This document shows positions 27,368 to 36,770 of a stretch of DNA of 64,000 bases, in pieces. Source of the DNA: an uncultured Alphaproteobacteria bacterium (GTDB taxonomy: Bacteria > Pseudomonadota > Alphaproteobacteria > Puniceispirillales > Puniceispirillaceae); the NCBI GenBank assembly GCA_964000485.1, contig CAXEYO010000002.1:11999-75998 (forward strand), read 5' to 3'. The stretch's first letter is position 1; each line of letters opens with the position of its first letter. A program made the position numbers and the translations under genes. The notes beneath the pieces are model-generated. The model ran no database searches. It had not been told where the DNA came from and saw only the letters and a program-made list of their open reading frames with translations.

Positions 27368-28910
27368 GTGCGGCTTTCTGTTCATCTTCGCTGACCAACG
27401 TTTCAACAACTTTGGCTGAACAGAGCACACCAGGCATACCAGCACCGGGATGTGCACCTGCTCCTGAAAAATACAGATTTGCAAGATGTGGATCACGGTT
27501 ATGATACCGGAACCAGGCAGATTGGGTGAAGCTGGGGGATATAGAAAAGCCAGCGCCGTGTTCAGATCGGTAATCTGCTTTGAAATCTTCAGGTGTCATA
27601 TAAAAATCTTCGGTAATCACACTACGTAGACCTGGCATTATACTTTTCTCAAGGGCGCTGACAATCCTGTCCTGCAGGAGCGGCCCTTGTTTTGCCCAGT
27701 CCACATCACCCTGCAGGTTAGGGACTGGGCAGAGGACATAAAAACTATCACAGCCCTCAGGTGCGAAACGGGCATCTGTGGCAGTCGGGCGATGCAGATA
27801 TAATGAAAAATCTTCTGCCAATATCTTTTTGCTAAAGATATCATGCAGCAAATCCTTATACCGTTTTCCCATCCATATTGTGTGATGGGCAATGTCTGGA
27901 TAGCGCTGCCGGGTCCCAAAAAACAGCACAAACAGGCCCATCGAATAGCGGGTAACTGCCTCTGGCAAAACCTTTTTGCGGAGGTGGGTCTGGCTAGGCA
28001 GCATCTGTCGGTAAACAGTTGGTGGGTCAGCGTTACAAATCACATTGTCAGCAGAAATGAAGGCCCCGTCGGCCGTGCGCACACCTGTAACTTTCTTGTC
28101 AGAAACACAAATCTCAGTGATATCTGTATTCAGTTTCAGATTAACACCCTGGCGGATCATGAGCGCTTTTAATTCAGCGACCAGCTTGCCTGTACCGCCC
28201 ATGCAGAAATACACGCCCCATTTGCGCTCCAAGTAATGAATCAAAGCATAAATGGATGTTGTATCAAAGGGGTTGCCGCCTACAAGTAACGGATGGATGG
28301 AAAAAGCCTGTCGCAATAAGGGGTGTTTAATGTGGCTGTTAACCAGTTGGGCTACTGTCAAATAGCTGCGTAGCCGCAATAATTGCGGGATTTGCTTGAT
28401 CATAGAGGTAAAACGAGTAAAGGGCTTATCTGCCAGTTGAGTAAAACCGACATCAAAAATTTGTTTGGAGGTGTTCACCAACCTGTCATAATTTTTTGTG
28501 TCCTCTGGTGAAAACCGGGCAATCTCTGCATGTGTGTCAGCTAGTGACGGGCGGTAATCAAACTCAGATCCATCATGGAAATGAAACCTGTACCATGGAT
28601 CAAGCGGCACAAATTCCAGATGTTCAGAACGCGTCTCTCCAAACAGGGTAAATAGTTCATCAAACAAAAATGGGGCGGTGATGACAGTTGGGCCGGCATC
28701 ATGGCGAAAGCCGCCACGCTCAAATACACGCGCGCGGCCACCAACATATTCTAGCCGCTCTATCAGCGTGACCTGATGGCCTTTTGCACGCATACGCAGG
28801 GCTGCAGCAATTCCGCCGAAACCACTGCCGACGACCACGCTATGAACGCGCTCTGCTTTATCTTTCTCATAGGGGTAGGGGCGGGCATCATCCATTTGCC
28901 ACATCCTCAT
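27348..28910 (-). CDS. crtI: Phytoene desaturase
   Basis: GSGFGG, DAGPTVIT, HPLLVGGNPF, GAGAHPGAGMPGV. Confidence 0.97.
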   Translation of the reverse strand: MRMWQMDDARPYPYEKDKAERVHSVVVGSGFGGIAAALRMRAKGHQVTLIERLEYVGGRARVFERGGFRHDAGPTVITAPFLFDELFTLFGETRSEHLEFVPLDPWYRFHFHDGSEFDYRPSLADTHAEIARFSPEDTKNYDRLVNTSKQIFDVGFTQLADKPFTRFTSMIKQIPQLLRLRSYLTVAQLVNSHIKHPLLRQAFSIHPLLVGGNPFDTTSIYALIHYLERKWGVYFCMGGTGKLVAELKALMIRQGVNLKLNTDITEICVSDKKVTGVRTADGAFISADNVICNADPPTVYRQMLPSQTHLRKKVLPEAVTRYSMGLFVLFFGTRQRYPDIAHHTIWMGKRYKDLLHDIFSKKILAEDFSLYLHRPTATDARFAPEGCDSFYVLCPVPNLQGDVDWAKQGPLLQDRIVSALEKSIMPGLRSVITEDFYMTPEDFKADYRSEHGAGFSISPSFTQSAWFRYHNRDPHLANLYFSGAGAHPGAGMPGVLCSAKVVETLVSEDEQKAAHVQPTR

Positions 28911-28984
28911 TTTCCAGCCGGTTTCGTCTAGTCTAGCACAGGATATGCCTGCCTGTCCTGCCCAAACATTTTATCGGATGTCAC

Positions 28985-30001
28985 TTAGTCATTCAGACTA
29001 GTAAGATCGCGGCAGACATGCCGAAGTTGTGCCAATATTGGTGTGATGATTGCCCGGCAATCTTTGGGAAAGGCAGCCGATGATGCTTCCGCTTCTTCCA
29101 ACATGCTCAGCAAGGCTGATGAGGTCATGGTCAGCGCTGGTGACCGGCGCAGACGTTCCTGCCAAGCAAGGGCATCATGTGTGTCGCCTGAGGAAAGCCA
29201 GTTATCAAAGGCTGTCGCCGCATGCTTATCCAATGTGGTCTGAAACATCACAATCACCGCGTTTGGGGCGCGACGCAACAGGTCAGATGCCGGGCTTTCC
29301 GCGCCATCCTTACCAATCACATTCAACATATCATTGGCGATTTGGTAACAACCGCCTGCGGCACTGAAAAACCGGTTCAGCGGCCGTATAGCATCACGGC
29401 GGCCGGCCAAGTGCGCAATCCCTTCAACTGAAGCAATAAATAAAGGGGCAGTTTTGCCTGTGCTAATATCCATATAGCCAGCCCAGTCTGGGTAGGCGCG
29501 AACCTCAAACTCGAGAGCTTGTCCTGCCGTGGTGGCGGCCATATGGCGTGACAGGATAGAAACCAGCTGTGGCGTCTGTCCAAGATAGGCAGCTTCTGCT
29601 GCTAGCTCAAAGGAAAGCGCAATCAGCCAGTCACCAAGCGCCAGTGCCGTATCGCGACCATAAAAGGCCCAGACAGACGGCGCGCCCCGGCGCACCATAT
29701 CTCCATCACAGATATCGTCGTGCACCAATGAGGCATTATGAAGAACCTCCACAGCTGCTGCCCAGGGTAGGCTGGCCGTTCGTGGTACGCCAAAACTGTC
29801 TCCAGCGGCTAGAGCCATACGGCCACGCAATTGTTTGCCGGTACGTTTGAAATGATGTTGAGCAGCGGTGGCAAGCGGGTGTTTGCCCGATGGCAATCTC
29901 CGCCCAATAAAGGCTGACAGTACATAAGACAAGTCGGGAAGAGCAGCAAGGTTTTCGGCGCCCTGCACCTCATTGACTTGGCTAGCTATGTTCTCTGTCA
30001 T
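28985..30001 (-). CDS. crtE: Geranylgeranyl diphosphate synthase
   Basis: GKQLR, HNASLVHDDICDGD..RRG, KTAPLF, YQIAND. Confidence 0.9.
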   Translation of the reverse strand: MTENIASQVNEVQGAENLAALPDLSYVLSAFIGRRLPSGKHPLATAAQHHFKRTGKQLRGRMALAAGDSFGVPRTASLPWAAAVEVLHNASLVHDDICDGDMVRRGAPSVWAFYGRDTALALGDWLIALSFELAAEAAYLGQTPQLVSILSRHMAATTAGQALEFEVRAYPDWAGYMDISTGKTAPLFIASVEGIAHLAGRRDAIRPLNRFFSAAGGCYQIANDMLNVIGKDGAESPASDLLRRAPNAVIVMFQTTLDKHAATAFDNWLSSGDTHDALAWQERLRRSPALTMTSSALLSMLEEAEASSAAFPKDCRAIITPILAQLRHVCRDLTSLND

Positions 30002-30074
30002 CTTCCGGCCCCTTCTTTAATTGATATTGTAAGATGAAAGGTGCAAAAAAATTGAGAAACGAACAATTGAGTGG

Positions 30075-30114
30075 AATAAAACGCAAGCACCCATCTAGAT
30101 GATGGATGCTTGCG
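30075..30114 (-). terminator. Terminator-like hairpin between the proteorhodopsin gene and crtE
   Basis: Minus strand CGCAAGCATCCATC...GATGGGTGCTTGCG followed by TTTTATT. Confidence 0.7.
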
Positions 30115-30124
30115 ATAAATTTGA

Positions 30125-30898
30125 TTACTTTGCAGCTTCAGATTGTGAAGTAGCAGCGGCCCAAATCGCTAGACAGAAACCGATCTTGTTAACAACGTCA
30201 GCAACGTTGTAGATCAGGTTCAGCGAATTGGCGTCAACTCCTCCAGTCATATAGCCAAAGAAATATCCAAGTGGATAGATGGCCCAACCAATGGTCACAA
30301 TTAGACGCATTGTGTTGAAAGCTGATTGCACAGATGGGGGTGCACCTTCTGCAGCAACCTTACCAGCTTCTCCGGCAAAGATTTCATACAATATGTAACC
30401 CCAACCGGCCATCCCGATCACGAAACCAACCGTAGCGTTGATGAAGCCAGCCTCACCTAAATATCCGCCAACTAACATTACCATCGTACCGACCATGAGG
30501 CGCCAGAAGACGCCAACAGCAATGGCAGTACAGGCAGCTAGAATAAGGTAGAATTCAATCATCTGCAAAGGCACTGTTATTAGCCAATCTACATAACGGA
30601 AGACCGTAGGCGATGCACCTGTGGCAACCCAAACATCACGCATATAAAAGTAGTGGACCGCAGCTACCAATGTAACAAGTCCGCCCACAATCATCGATGT
30701 TCTCCACTTGCCGTCTACTCTCAATGATTCCATCAAGAAAAATACGGTAGCAGCGACCATTGCGATCGAAATCAACCAAAAGGTAATGCCGACAGGATCG
30801 TTCGGCTCCAAGTTACCACCAGCTGCTAAAGCAATTGATGGAATAAGAATAGCCAGTGACGCAATAGCAACTGACTTTAAAGACTTAATTATTGACAT
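30125..30898 (-). CDS. Proteorhodopsin, DTE proton pump, Gln105 (blue-tuned)
   Basis: RYVDWLITVPLQMIEF (D97/T101/Q105/E108 equivalents), AVHY (His75), DVVNK retinal-binding lysine, signal peptide. Confidence 0.98.
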   Translation of the reverse strand: MSIIKSLKSVAIASLAILIPSIALAAGGNLEPNDPVGITFWLISIAMVAATVFFLMESLRVDGKWRTSMIVGGLVTLVAAVHYFYMRDVWVATGASPTVFRYVDWLITVPLQMIEFYLILAACTAIAVGVFWRLMVGTMVMLVGGYLGEAGFINATVGFVIGMAGWGYILYEIFAGEAGKVAAEGAPPSVQSAFNTMRLIVTIGWAIYPLGYFFGYMTGGVDANSLNLIYNVADVVNKIGFCLAIWAAATSQSEAAK

Positions 30899-31138
30899 AG
30901 GACACTCCCCAAACGTCGCGTTCTAGAACGTCCTACTTTTTTCCCTGAACAGACACCTGTCGATTCAGATCTCCCCCCGAAGATAGTGCTAACTTAACAT
31001 ATTCATAAACATTGGCAAGCATTAGTGATTAAATTTCCAACAGTAATGACTTAACTATATGATTTTATTATGAAATAAAGAGATTTCCATATTATGGAGT
31101 GTCTGTTTATGCTGTAAAATTGACAGTTTTTTGGAAAA

Positions 31139-31408
31139 ATGAGGGATGAAATGGGGCAGGATGCATTGTTAATCGGTGCATTTTCCTTTTCTGCCATCGG
31201 CGGTGCGATTTGTCTCATTTTAAGGCGACTTCAGGCATCCTCTCTTCCAGGACGGGTAAAGCGCTTTCTAACTAAAGGCCTTCTGGGGCTGGTTGTAGTA
31301 ACTACGATTTATGTGATCCACTGGCATTCACAGAATTATAGAGAAAATTTTACAGGGAAATCAGAAGTGCTGCAGACCACTGATAATCGAGTTGCGCGAA
31401 GTGGATAA
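31139..31408 (+). CDS. Small two-TM hypothetical protein
   Basis: 89 aa with two hydrophobic segments, divergent from proteorhodopsin. Confidence 0.55.
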   Translation: MRDEMGQDALLIGAFSFSAIGGAICLILRRLQASSLPGRVKRFLTKGLLGLVVVTTIYVIHWHSQNYRENFTGKSEVLQTTDNRVARSG

Positions 31409-31435
31409 AAAGAGATTTTTCTGACCGAATGCAAC

Positions 31436-32590
31436 TCAGCCTAAAAAGGGGCAGTTTTTTAAAATAGCCCGACCTACATTGCGGATATCACGATGTCCAC
31501 ATAACGCCATAGTCATATCCAGTTCTTTATGCAGTATTTCCAGCGCTTTGGTCACACCGGCTTCACCACCTGCCCCCAGACCATATAAAAAGGCGCGTCC
31601 GATACACGTTGCTTTTGCTCCCAATGCAATGGCTTTAAGCATATCCTGACCTGACCGGATTCCGCCATCCATCCAGATTTCGATATCGTGGCCAACCCGG
31701 TCTACAATTTCCGGTAGAATCGCAATTGAACTTTCAGCTCCGTCTAACTGGCGGCCTCCATGATTGGATACAATCAGAGCATCTGCTCCCGATTTTGCCG
31801 CCATTTCAGCATCATCAGCATCCAGAATGCCTTTGATAATCAGTTTATCTCCCCACCAGTCCTTGATTCGTTTGACATCCTCCCAGTTCAGTTGCAGATC
31901 AAATTGCTCACCGACCCAAGAAGACAGTTTTGACATATCAGACACACCATCCACGTGACCAACAATATTGCCAAAGGATCGGCGCGATGTCCCCAGCATG
32001 CCCATGCACCATCGGGGTCGCATCGCCATATCTAGAATATTTTTTACTGTCAGCTTTGGTGGGGTAGAGAGCCCGTTTTTGATATCTTTGTGCCGCTGTC
32101 CCAAAATCTGCAGATCCAGAGTTAGCATTAGGGCAGAACAGCCCGCCGCTTTGGCCCTCTGGATTAACCGTTTGGCAAAATCATGATCCTTCATCACATA
32201 AAGTTGGAACCAGAAACTCTCCGGGCTGTGGGTGGCTACATCCTCAATCGAACAAACAGACATCGTTGACAGGGTAAAAGGAATGCCAAATTTTGCCGCG
32301 GCACGGGCAGCCAAAATTTCACCATTAGCATGCTGCATGCCAGTCAGGCCCGTTGGGGCGATCGCACAAGGCATGGTCACATCCTGGCCAATCATCGTTG
32401 TTTTAGTGGTCCGGTTTGCCATATCCACAGCGACACGCTGCCGGAAGCTGATCTTTCTGAAATCCTCGCAATTGGCGCGAAATGTTGTTTCGGTCCAAGA
32501 ACCTGATTCCATATAATCATAGAACATGGTCGGCACGCGCTTTTTCGCGATCGCTCGCAGCTCATCAACGGTTGTGATTGCATCCATCAT
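31436..32590 (-). CDS. lldD: FMN-dependent alpha-hydroxy acid oxidase / L-lactate dehydrogenase
   Basis: WFQLY, VSNHGGRQLDG, DGGIRSGQD; start placed at MMDAITTV. Confidence 0.9.
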   Translation of the reverse strand: MMDAITTVDELRAIAKKRVPTMFYDYMESGSWTETTFRANCEDFRKISFRQRVAVDMANRTTKTTMIGQDVTMPCAIAPTGLTGMQHANGEILAARAAAKFGIPFTLSTMSVCSIEDVATHSPESFWFQLYVMKDHDFAKRLIQRAKAAGCSALMLTLDLQILGQRHKDIKNGLSTPPKLTVKNILDMAMRPRWCMGMLGTSRRSFGNIVGHVDGVSDMSKLSSWVGEQFDLQLNWEDVKRIKDWWGDKLIIKGILDADDAEMAAKSGADALIVSNHGGRQLDGAESSIAILPEIVDRVGHDIEIWMDGGIRSGQDMLKAIALGAKATCIGRAFLYGLGAGGEAGVTKALEILHKELDMTMALCGHRDIRNVGRAILKNCPFLG

Positions 32591-32798
32591 TTTCATTAAT
32601 CCGGTCTTCAAAAAAATTACGTCAGCTCGCGAAACTTGCTTAATTTTACCGCTTTTGTCAGCTTTGCGAGAAGGGGTTATGACAATTTTTTTCATTTTTT
32701 GTCTGTTTCGGCATTGAAAGCTGGGCCTTGGTCTGGTTTTCTCACACTCATCTTGTCTGCCTGATTGACAAACTGCTGTTGAAAGGGAACCTGAAGTA

Positions 32799-34034
32799 AT
32801 GATGGCCACATCTGCCCATATTGTGATTATCGGGGCCAGCCATGCGGGTTTGTCTTGTGCCGAACGTCTTCGCACGGGGGGGTTTGACGGTCAGATCACG
32901 ATTCTAGAACGTGACCCGGGTCTGCCTCTGCAACGCCCGCCTTTGTCCAAAACCTATCTCAAAGCTGATCTCACCGACGGGGAAGGGGCCTTCGTCCTGC
33001 GCAAGGAGGATTGGTTTGATAATTTCAAAATCACCTTCCGGCCGGCTTGTGAAGCGGCCTCTCTTGATCCCGTTCATCAACAGCTCAGCCTGACAGATGG
33101 TAGCACCCTGTCTTATGACCATCTTGTGCTGGCCACGGGGGCGCTTGCTCGACCTTTGCCAAAGGCTGCTGATCCACCTAACCTGCATATGTTGCGCACA
33201 GCCGCTGATGCTCGGCTTTTGCGGGCTGGCTTGGCGGATGTGCGCACAGCACTGGTGATTGGCGGCGGCTATATTGGTCTGGAAGCGGCGGCATCATTGC
33301 GCAGCCTTGATATTGATGTGCACTTAGTGGAAATGGCCCCGCGTCTGCTGGCCCGTGTGGCCAGCCCGGTCTTGTCTGAACACTGCGCGGCCCTGCATCG
33401 CCGGCATGGCATTCAGCTTCACCTTGGCACGGCTACGCAAGACATTAAAACAGATATATCAGGCCGGATTACGGCCGTGCATCTTGCCGGTGGACAAAAG
33501 CTTGATACACAGCTTGTACTTGCTGGCATTGGCATTGTTCCGGATACAGCTCTGGCAGAAGCGGCTGGCCTTGCCGTTGATAACGGCATTGTTACTGATG
33601 CAGATTATCGCACCTCTAATCCGCATATTTCTGCGATTGGGGATGTGGCCCGGGCCCCAGCAATAAATCCGGTTCGTGTTGAATCCATTTATCATGCCCA
33701 GTATAGCGGAGCAGTGGTTGCCGCGCGGCTGACAGCCAGCGCTGCTCCGTCTCATGAAGCCTGGTGGTTCTGGTCAGATCAATATGATGTGAAATATCAG
33801 ATGGCAGGCTTGGTTCCTGCGGAAGCACCGTCTGTCTTGTCTGTTACCCGTGCAGGCCGGCGCGAAAACAGCGTGTCTGTCTGGTCTTATGACGGGGCTG
33901 AACTTGTGTCTGTTGAAGTAGCAAATGACCCGCAGGCGTATATGATCGGTAAAAAGTGCCTTGAAGCCGGCCTCAGCCCCGCCCCATCAGATATAACCAA
34001 TCCTGATTTGGTGTTGAAATCCCTGCTCAACTGA
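32799..34034 (+). CDS. FAD/NAD(P)-dependent ferredoxin reductase-like oxidoreductase
   Basis: IGASHAG, QRPPLSK, GGGYIGLE, AIGDVA, WFWSDQYD. Confidence 0.9.
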   Translation: MMATSAHIVIIGASHAGLSCAERLRTGGFDGQITILERDPGLPLQRPPLSKTYLKADLTDGEGAFVLRKEDWFDNFKITFRPACEAASLDPVHQQLSLTDGSTLSYDHLVLATGALARPLPKAADPPNLHMLRTAADARLLRAGLADVRTALVIGGGYIGLEAAASLRSLDIDVHLVEMAPRLLARVASPVLSEHCAALHRRHGIQLHLGTATQDIKTDISGRITAVHLAGGQKLDTQLVLAGIGIVPDTALAEAAGLAVDNGIVTDADYRTSNPHISAIGDVARAPAINPVRVESIYHAQYSGAVVAARLTASAAPSHEAWWFWSDQYDVKYQMAGLVPAEAPSVLSVTRAGRRENSVSVWSYDGAELVSVEVANDPQAYMIGKKCLEAGLSPAPSDITNPDLVLKSLLN

Positions 34035-34145
34035 TACTTTTGCTCTTTTTTTCATTTCCGAACTGACAGGTCGCCTTGTGAATATTAGCCATCTGTTTTC
34101 CTGCCTAGCATTTTTTGGTGAGAACATTTTGGAGGACCGCAAAGA

Positions 34146-34328
34146 ATGGCGATGCGGACAGGAAACAGACAAAGCGGCGTTAGACAGGCCCGTCACGCTA
34201 AATGCAGCGAACAACCTAATGCTCCGGCCTATATCACCCGCAAAATCCCCTATTATGAGTTTCTGGATGAAGAGTTTCGGACCTATATTACCCAGCGGAA
34301 AGAAGCCATGCCGGATGCCTGGTATTAA
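34146..34328 (+). pseudogene. Remnant of an MttB-family trimethylamine/betaine methyltransferase (N- and C-termini fused)
   Basis: N-terminal R..G.RQAR...YITRKIPYYEFLDEE joined to C-terminal YITQRKEAMPDAWY; GGAGG RBS; directly upstream of dimethylglycine dehydrogenase. Confidence 0.7.
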
Positions 34329-34364
34329 GCTAAACTTGAGAGGATGAGCGTAGGGGAGGAGAAG

Positions 34365-36770
34365 ATGAAAGACCAGTGCAGAGTTGTAGTGATTGGCGGC
34401 GGTGTTGTTGGTGCTTCTGTGATTTATCATCTGGCCAAATTCGGCTGGACAGATGTGTGTCTTCTTGAACGCTCTGTGCTGACAGCTGGCTCCTCATGGC
34501 ATGCGGCAGGCGGCATCCATGCGCTGAACGCAGACCCTAACATTGCCGCCCTTCAGGCTTATACTATAGACCTGCTTCAAGAAATTGAAGCTGAAAGCAG
34601 CCAGAATATCGGCCTGCATATGACAGGCGGGCTGACCATGGCCGGTACGGAAGATAGATGGGAATGGCTTCAGGCTGCCTACCGCGTGTTTCAGTCTATC
34701 GGCATTGATGACTGCCGTCTGGTCACACCCGAAGAAGCGCGCGAATTAAACCCGATTATGTCAACAGACGGGTTGCTGGGCGGCATGTGGGCAGACCGTG
34801 AAGGTTATCTGGATACCACAGGCACGGTTCATGCCTACGCCACCGCCGCGAAAAAGCGGGGGGCGGAATATTATGAACATACCAAGGTAGAAGCTCTTGA
34901 ACAGACTGCTGACGGCTGGCGAGTGCTAACTGATAAAGGCACCATCACCTGTGAACATGTGGTCAATGCTGCAGGTCTCTGGGCGAAACAGGTGGGCCGT
35001 ATGGCTGGTATTGAGCTGCCAGTCTCGCCGCTGAAACATCATTATCTGGTCTCAGATTCAATCCCAGAACTGGAACAGCTTGATTTTGAAGTCCCAATGA
35101 CAGTCGATCTTGAAGGCTTTACCTATCTTCGTCAGGATCAGAAAGGCGTGTTGCTTGGCATTTATGAAATTGACCATGAACATTGGGCGATGGATGGCGC
35201 GCCTTGGGATTACGGGATGGAACTGTTCCAGGAACAGACCGACCGGATCGAATATGAACTCACTCTCGGTTTTGAAAGATATCCCGTTTTGCAGGATGTT
35301 GGCGTGAAAACCTGGGTCAATGGCGCCTTTACCTTTTCTCCTGACGGCAATCCTCTTGTCGGGCCGGTTTCAGGCAAAAAGGGCTATTGGTGTGCCTGTG
35401 CGGTGATGGCCGGCTTCCTTCAGGGTGGGGGTGTCGGTAAATCTCTTGCCGAATGGATGATCCATGGCGAACCAGAAGCTGATGTTTATGGTATGGATGT
35501 CGCCCGCTATGGCGAATTCGCGGAAAATAAGGAATATATCCGTCAGACCACCGGCCAGTTCTATTCCCGCCGGTTTGTGATGACCTATCCGAATGAACAG
35601 CTGCCTGCAGGCCGGCCGCTGAAAATGGCTCCGGCTCATGATGCGATGACAGCGGCTGGCGCGCTCTGGGGAACCAGCTGGGATCTCGAAGTCCCGCTCT
35701 ATTTCGCCCCACAAGGCTTTACTGAAACGCCGTCTTTAAAACGCTCTAACGCCTTTGATCTTGTCGCAGAGGAATGCCATGCGGTCCGGCGTAATGTCGG
35801 CTTGCTTGATATCACCGGTTTCTCTCGTTTTGAGGTGACCGGCCCGAATGCAGAGGCCTGGCTGGCCCGGGTTCTGGCGGGACGTATGCCCAAGCCGGGC
35901 AAGGTGGCGCTTGCGCCGATGTTAAGCCCCGAAGGCCGCATGAAAGGCGATCTGACGGTCTTTAACTGGGGGGATGGCCGCTGGTGGATCATGGGTTCAT
36001 ATTATCTGCGGGCCTGGCATATGCGCTGGTTCAGCCAATATGCAGAAACCGGGGTTGAAGTCCGTGACTTGGGTGAAGAATGGGCTGGTTTTTCTCTTGC
36101 CGGGCCGAAATCAAAACAGGTCATTGAACATCTGACAGATGGCGATATCGGCCAACTTGGTTTTATGGGATGCGGGATGTTTGATATCGGTCTGTTGCGC
36201 ACCCGTATAGGCCGTCTGTCTGTGGCCGGAGAGCTGGGCTATGAGATCAACTGCCGGATGGGCGATCATATCGCGTTGCGCCGCTTGCTGCTGGCTGCCG
36301 GGGATAGCTGCACTATCCGTGAATATGGCTTTAATGCGATGTTGTCTCTGCGGCTGGAAAAAAGCTTTGGCATCTGGTCAGCCGAATTCACCCAACTCTA
36401 CACCCCTGGCATGACCGGCATGGACAGGTTCATGGACTGGAACCGGGATAACTTTATTGGCCATGCTGCCGCCCGTTCAGAACGGGACGGCAACGGCCCT
36501 GAAAAAAAGCTGGTTACTCTGGCAGTTCAGGCAAGTGATGCTGATGCCTCAGGATATGAGCCGGTCTGGTCAGGCGGCCGCCTTGTCGGCTTTGTGACCT
36601 CGGGCGGTTATGGTCATACCACCGGCCAGTCTCTTGCCATGGCGATGGTGAATACGGACCTCTGTGCTGAAGGTACAAAGCTGTCTGTGCATGTGGTCGG
36701 TGTTGAGCAAATCGCTAAGGTGATCGCGCTGTCTCCTTATGATCCGGCCGGGGCGGCGATGCGCGTATGA
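34365..36770 (+). CDS. Dimethylglycine dehydrogenase-like GcvT-family FAD oxidoreductase
   Basis: GGGVVG, GSSWHAAG, FSPDGNPLVG; C-terminal GcvT domain (GELGYE, LRLEKSF, TSGGYGH). Confidence 0.9.
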   Translation: MKDQCRVVVIGGGVVGASVIYHLAKFGWTDVCLLERSVLTAGSSWHAAGGIHALNADPNIAALQAYTIDLLQEIEAESSQNIGLHMTGGLTMAGTEDRWEWLQAAYRVFQSIGIDDCRLVTPEEARELNPIMSTDGLLGGMWADREGYLDTTGTVHAYATAAKKRGAEYYEHTKVEALEQTADGWRVLTDKGTITCEHVVNAAGLWAKQVGRMAGIELPVSPLKHHYLVSDSIPELEQLDFEVPMTVDLEGFTYLRQDQKGVLLGIYEIDHEHWAMDGAPWDYGMELFQEQTDRIEYELTLGFERYPVLQDVGVKTWVNGAFTFSPDGNPLVGPVSGKKGYWCACAVMAGFLQGGGVGKSLAEWMIHGEPEADVYGMDVARYGEFAENKEYIRQTTGQFYSRRFVMTYPNEQLPAGRPLKMAPAHDAMTAAGALWGTSWDLEVPLYFAPQGFTETPSLKRSNAFDLVAEECHAVRRNVGLLDITGFSRFEVTGPNAEAWLARVLAGRMPKPGKVALAPMLSPEGRMKGDLTVFNWGDGRWWIMGSYYLRAWHMRWFSQYAETGVEVRDLGEEWAGFSLAGPKSKQVIEHLTDGDIGQLGFMGCGMFDIGLLRTRIGRLSVAGELGYEINCRMGDHIALRRLLLAAGDSCTIREYGFNAMLSLRLEKSFGIWSAEFTQLYTPGMTGMDRFMDWNRDNFIGHAAARSERDGNGPEKKLVTLAVQASDADASGYEPVWSGGRLVGFVTSGGYGHTTGQSLAMAMVNTDLCAEGTKLSVHVVGVEQIAKVIALSPYDPAGAAMRV

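Noticed and set aside
32591-32875. Long N-terminal extensions in the ORF track for lldD (also motA, crtB, tupC, petC, pth)
   Set aside because: They overlap neighbouring genes or promoters; family similarity begins at downstream Met codons
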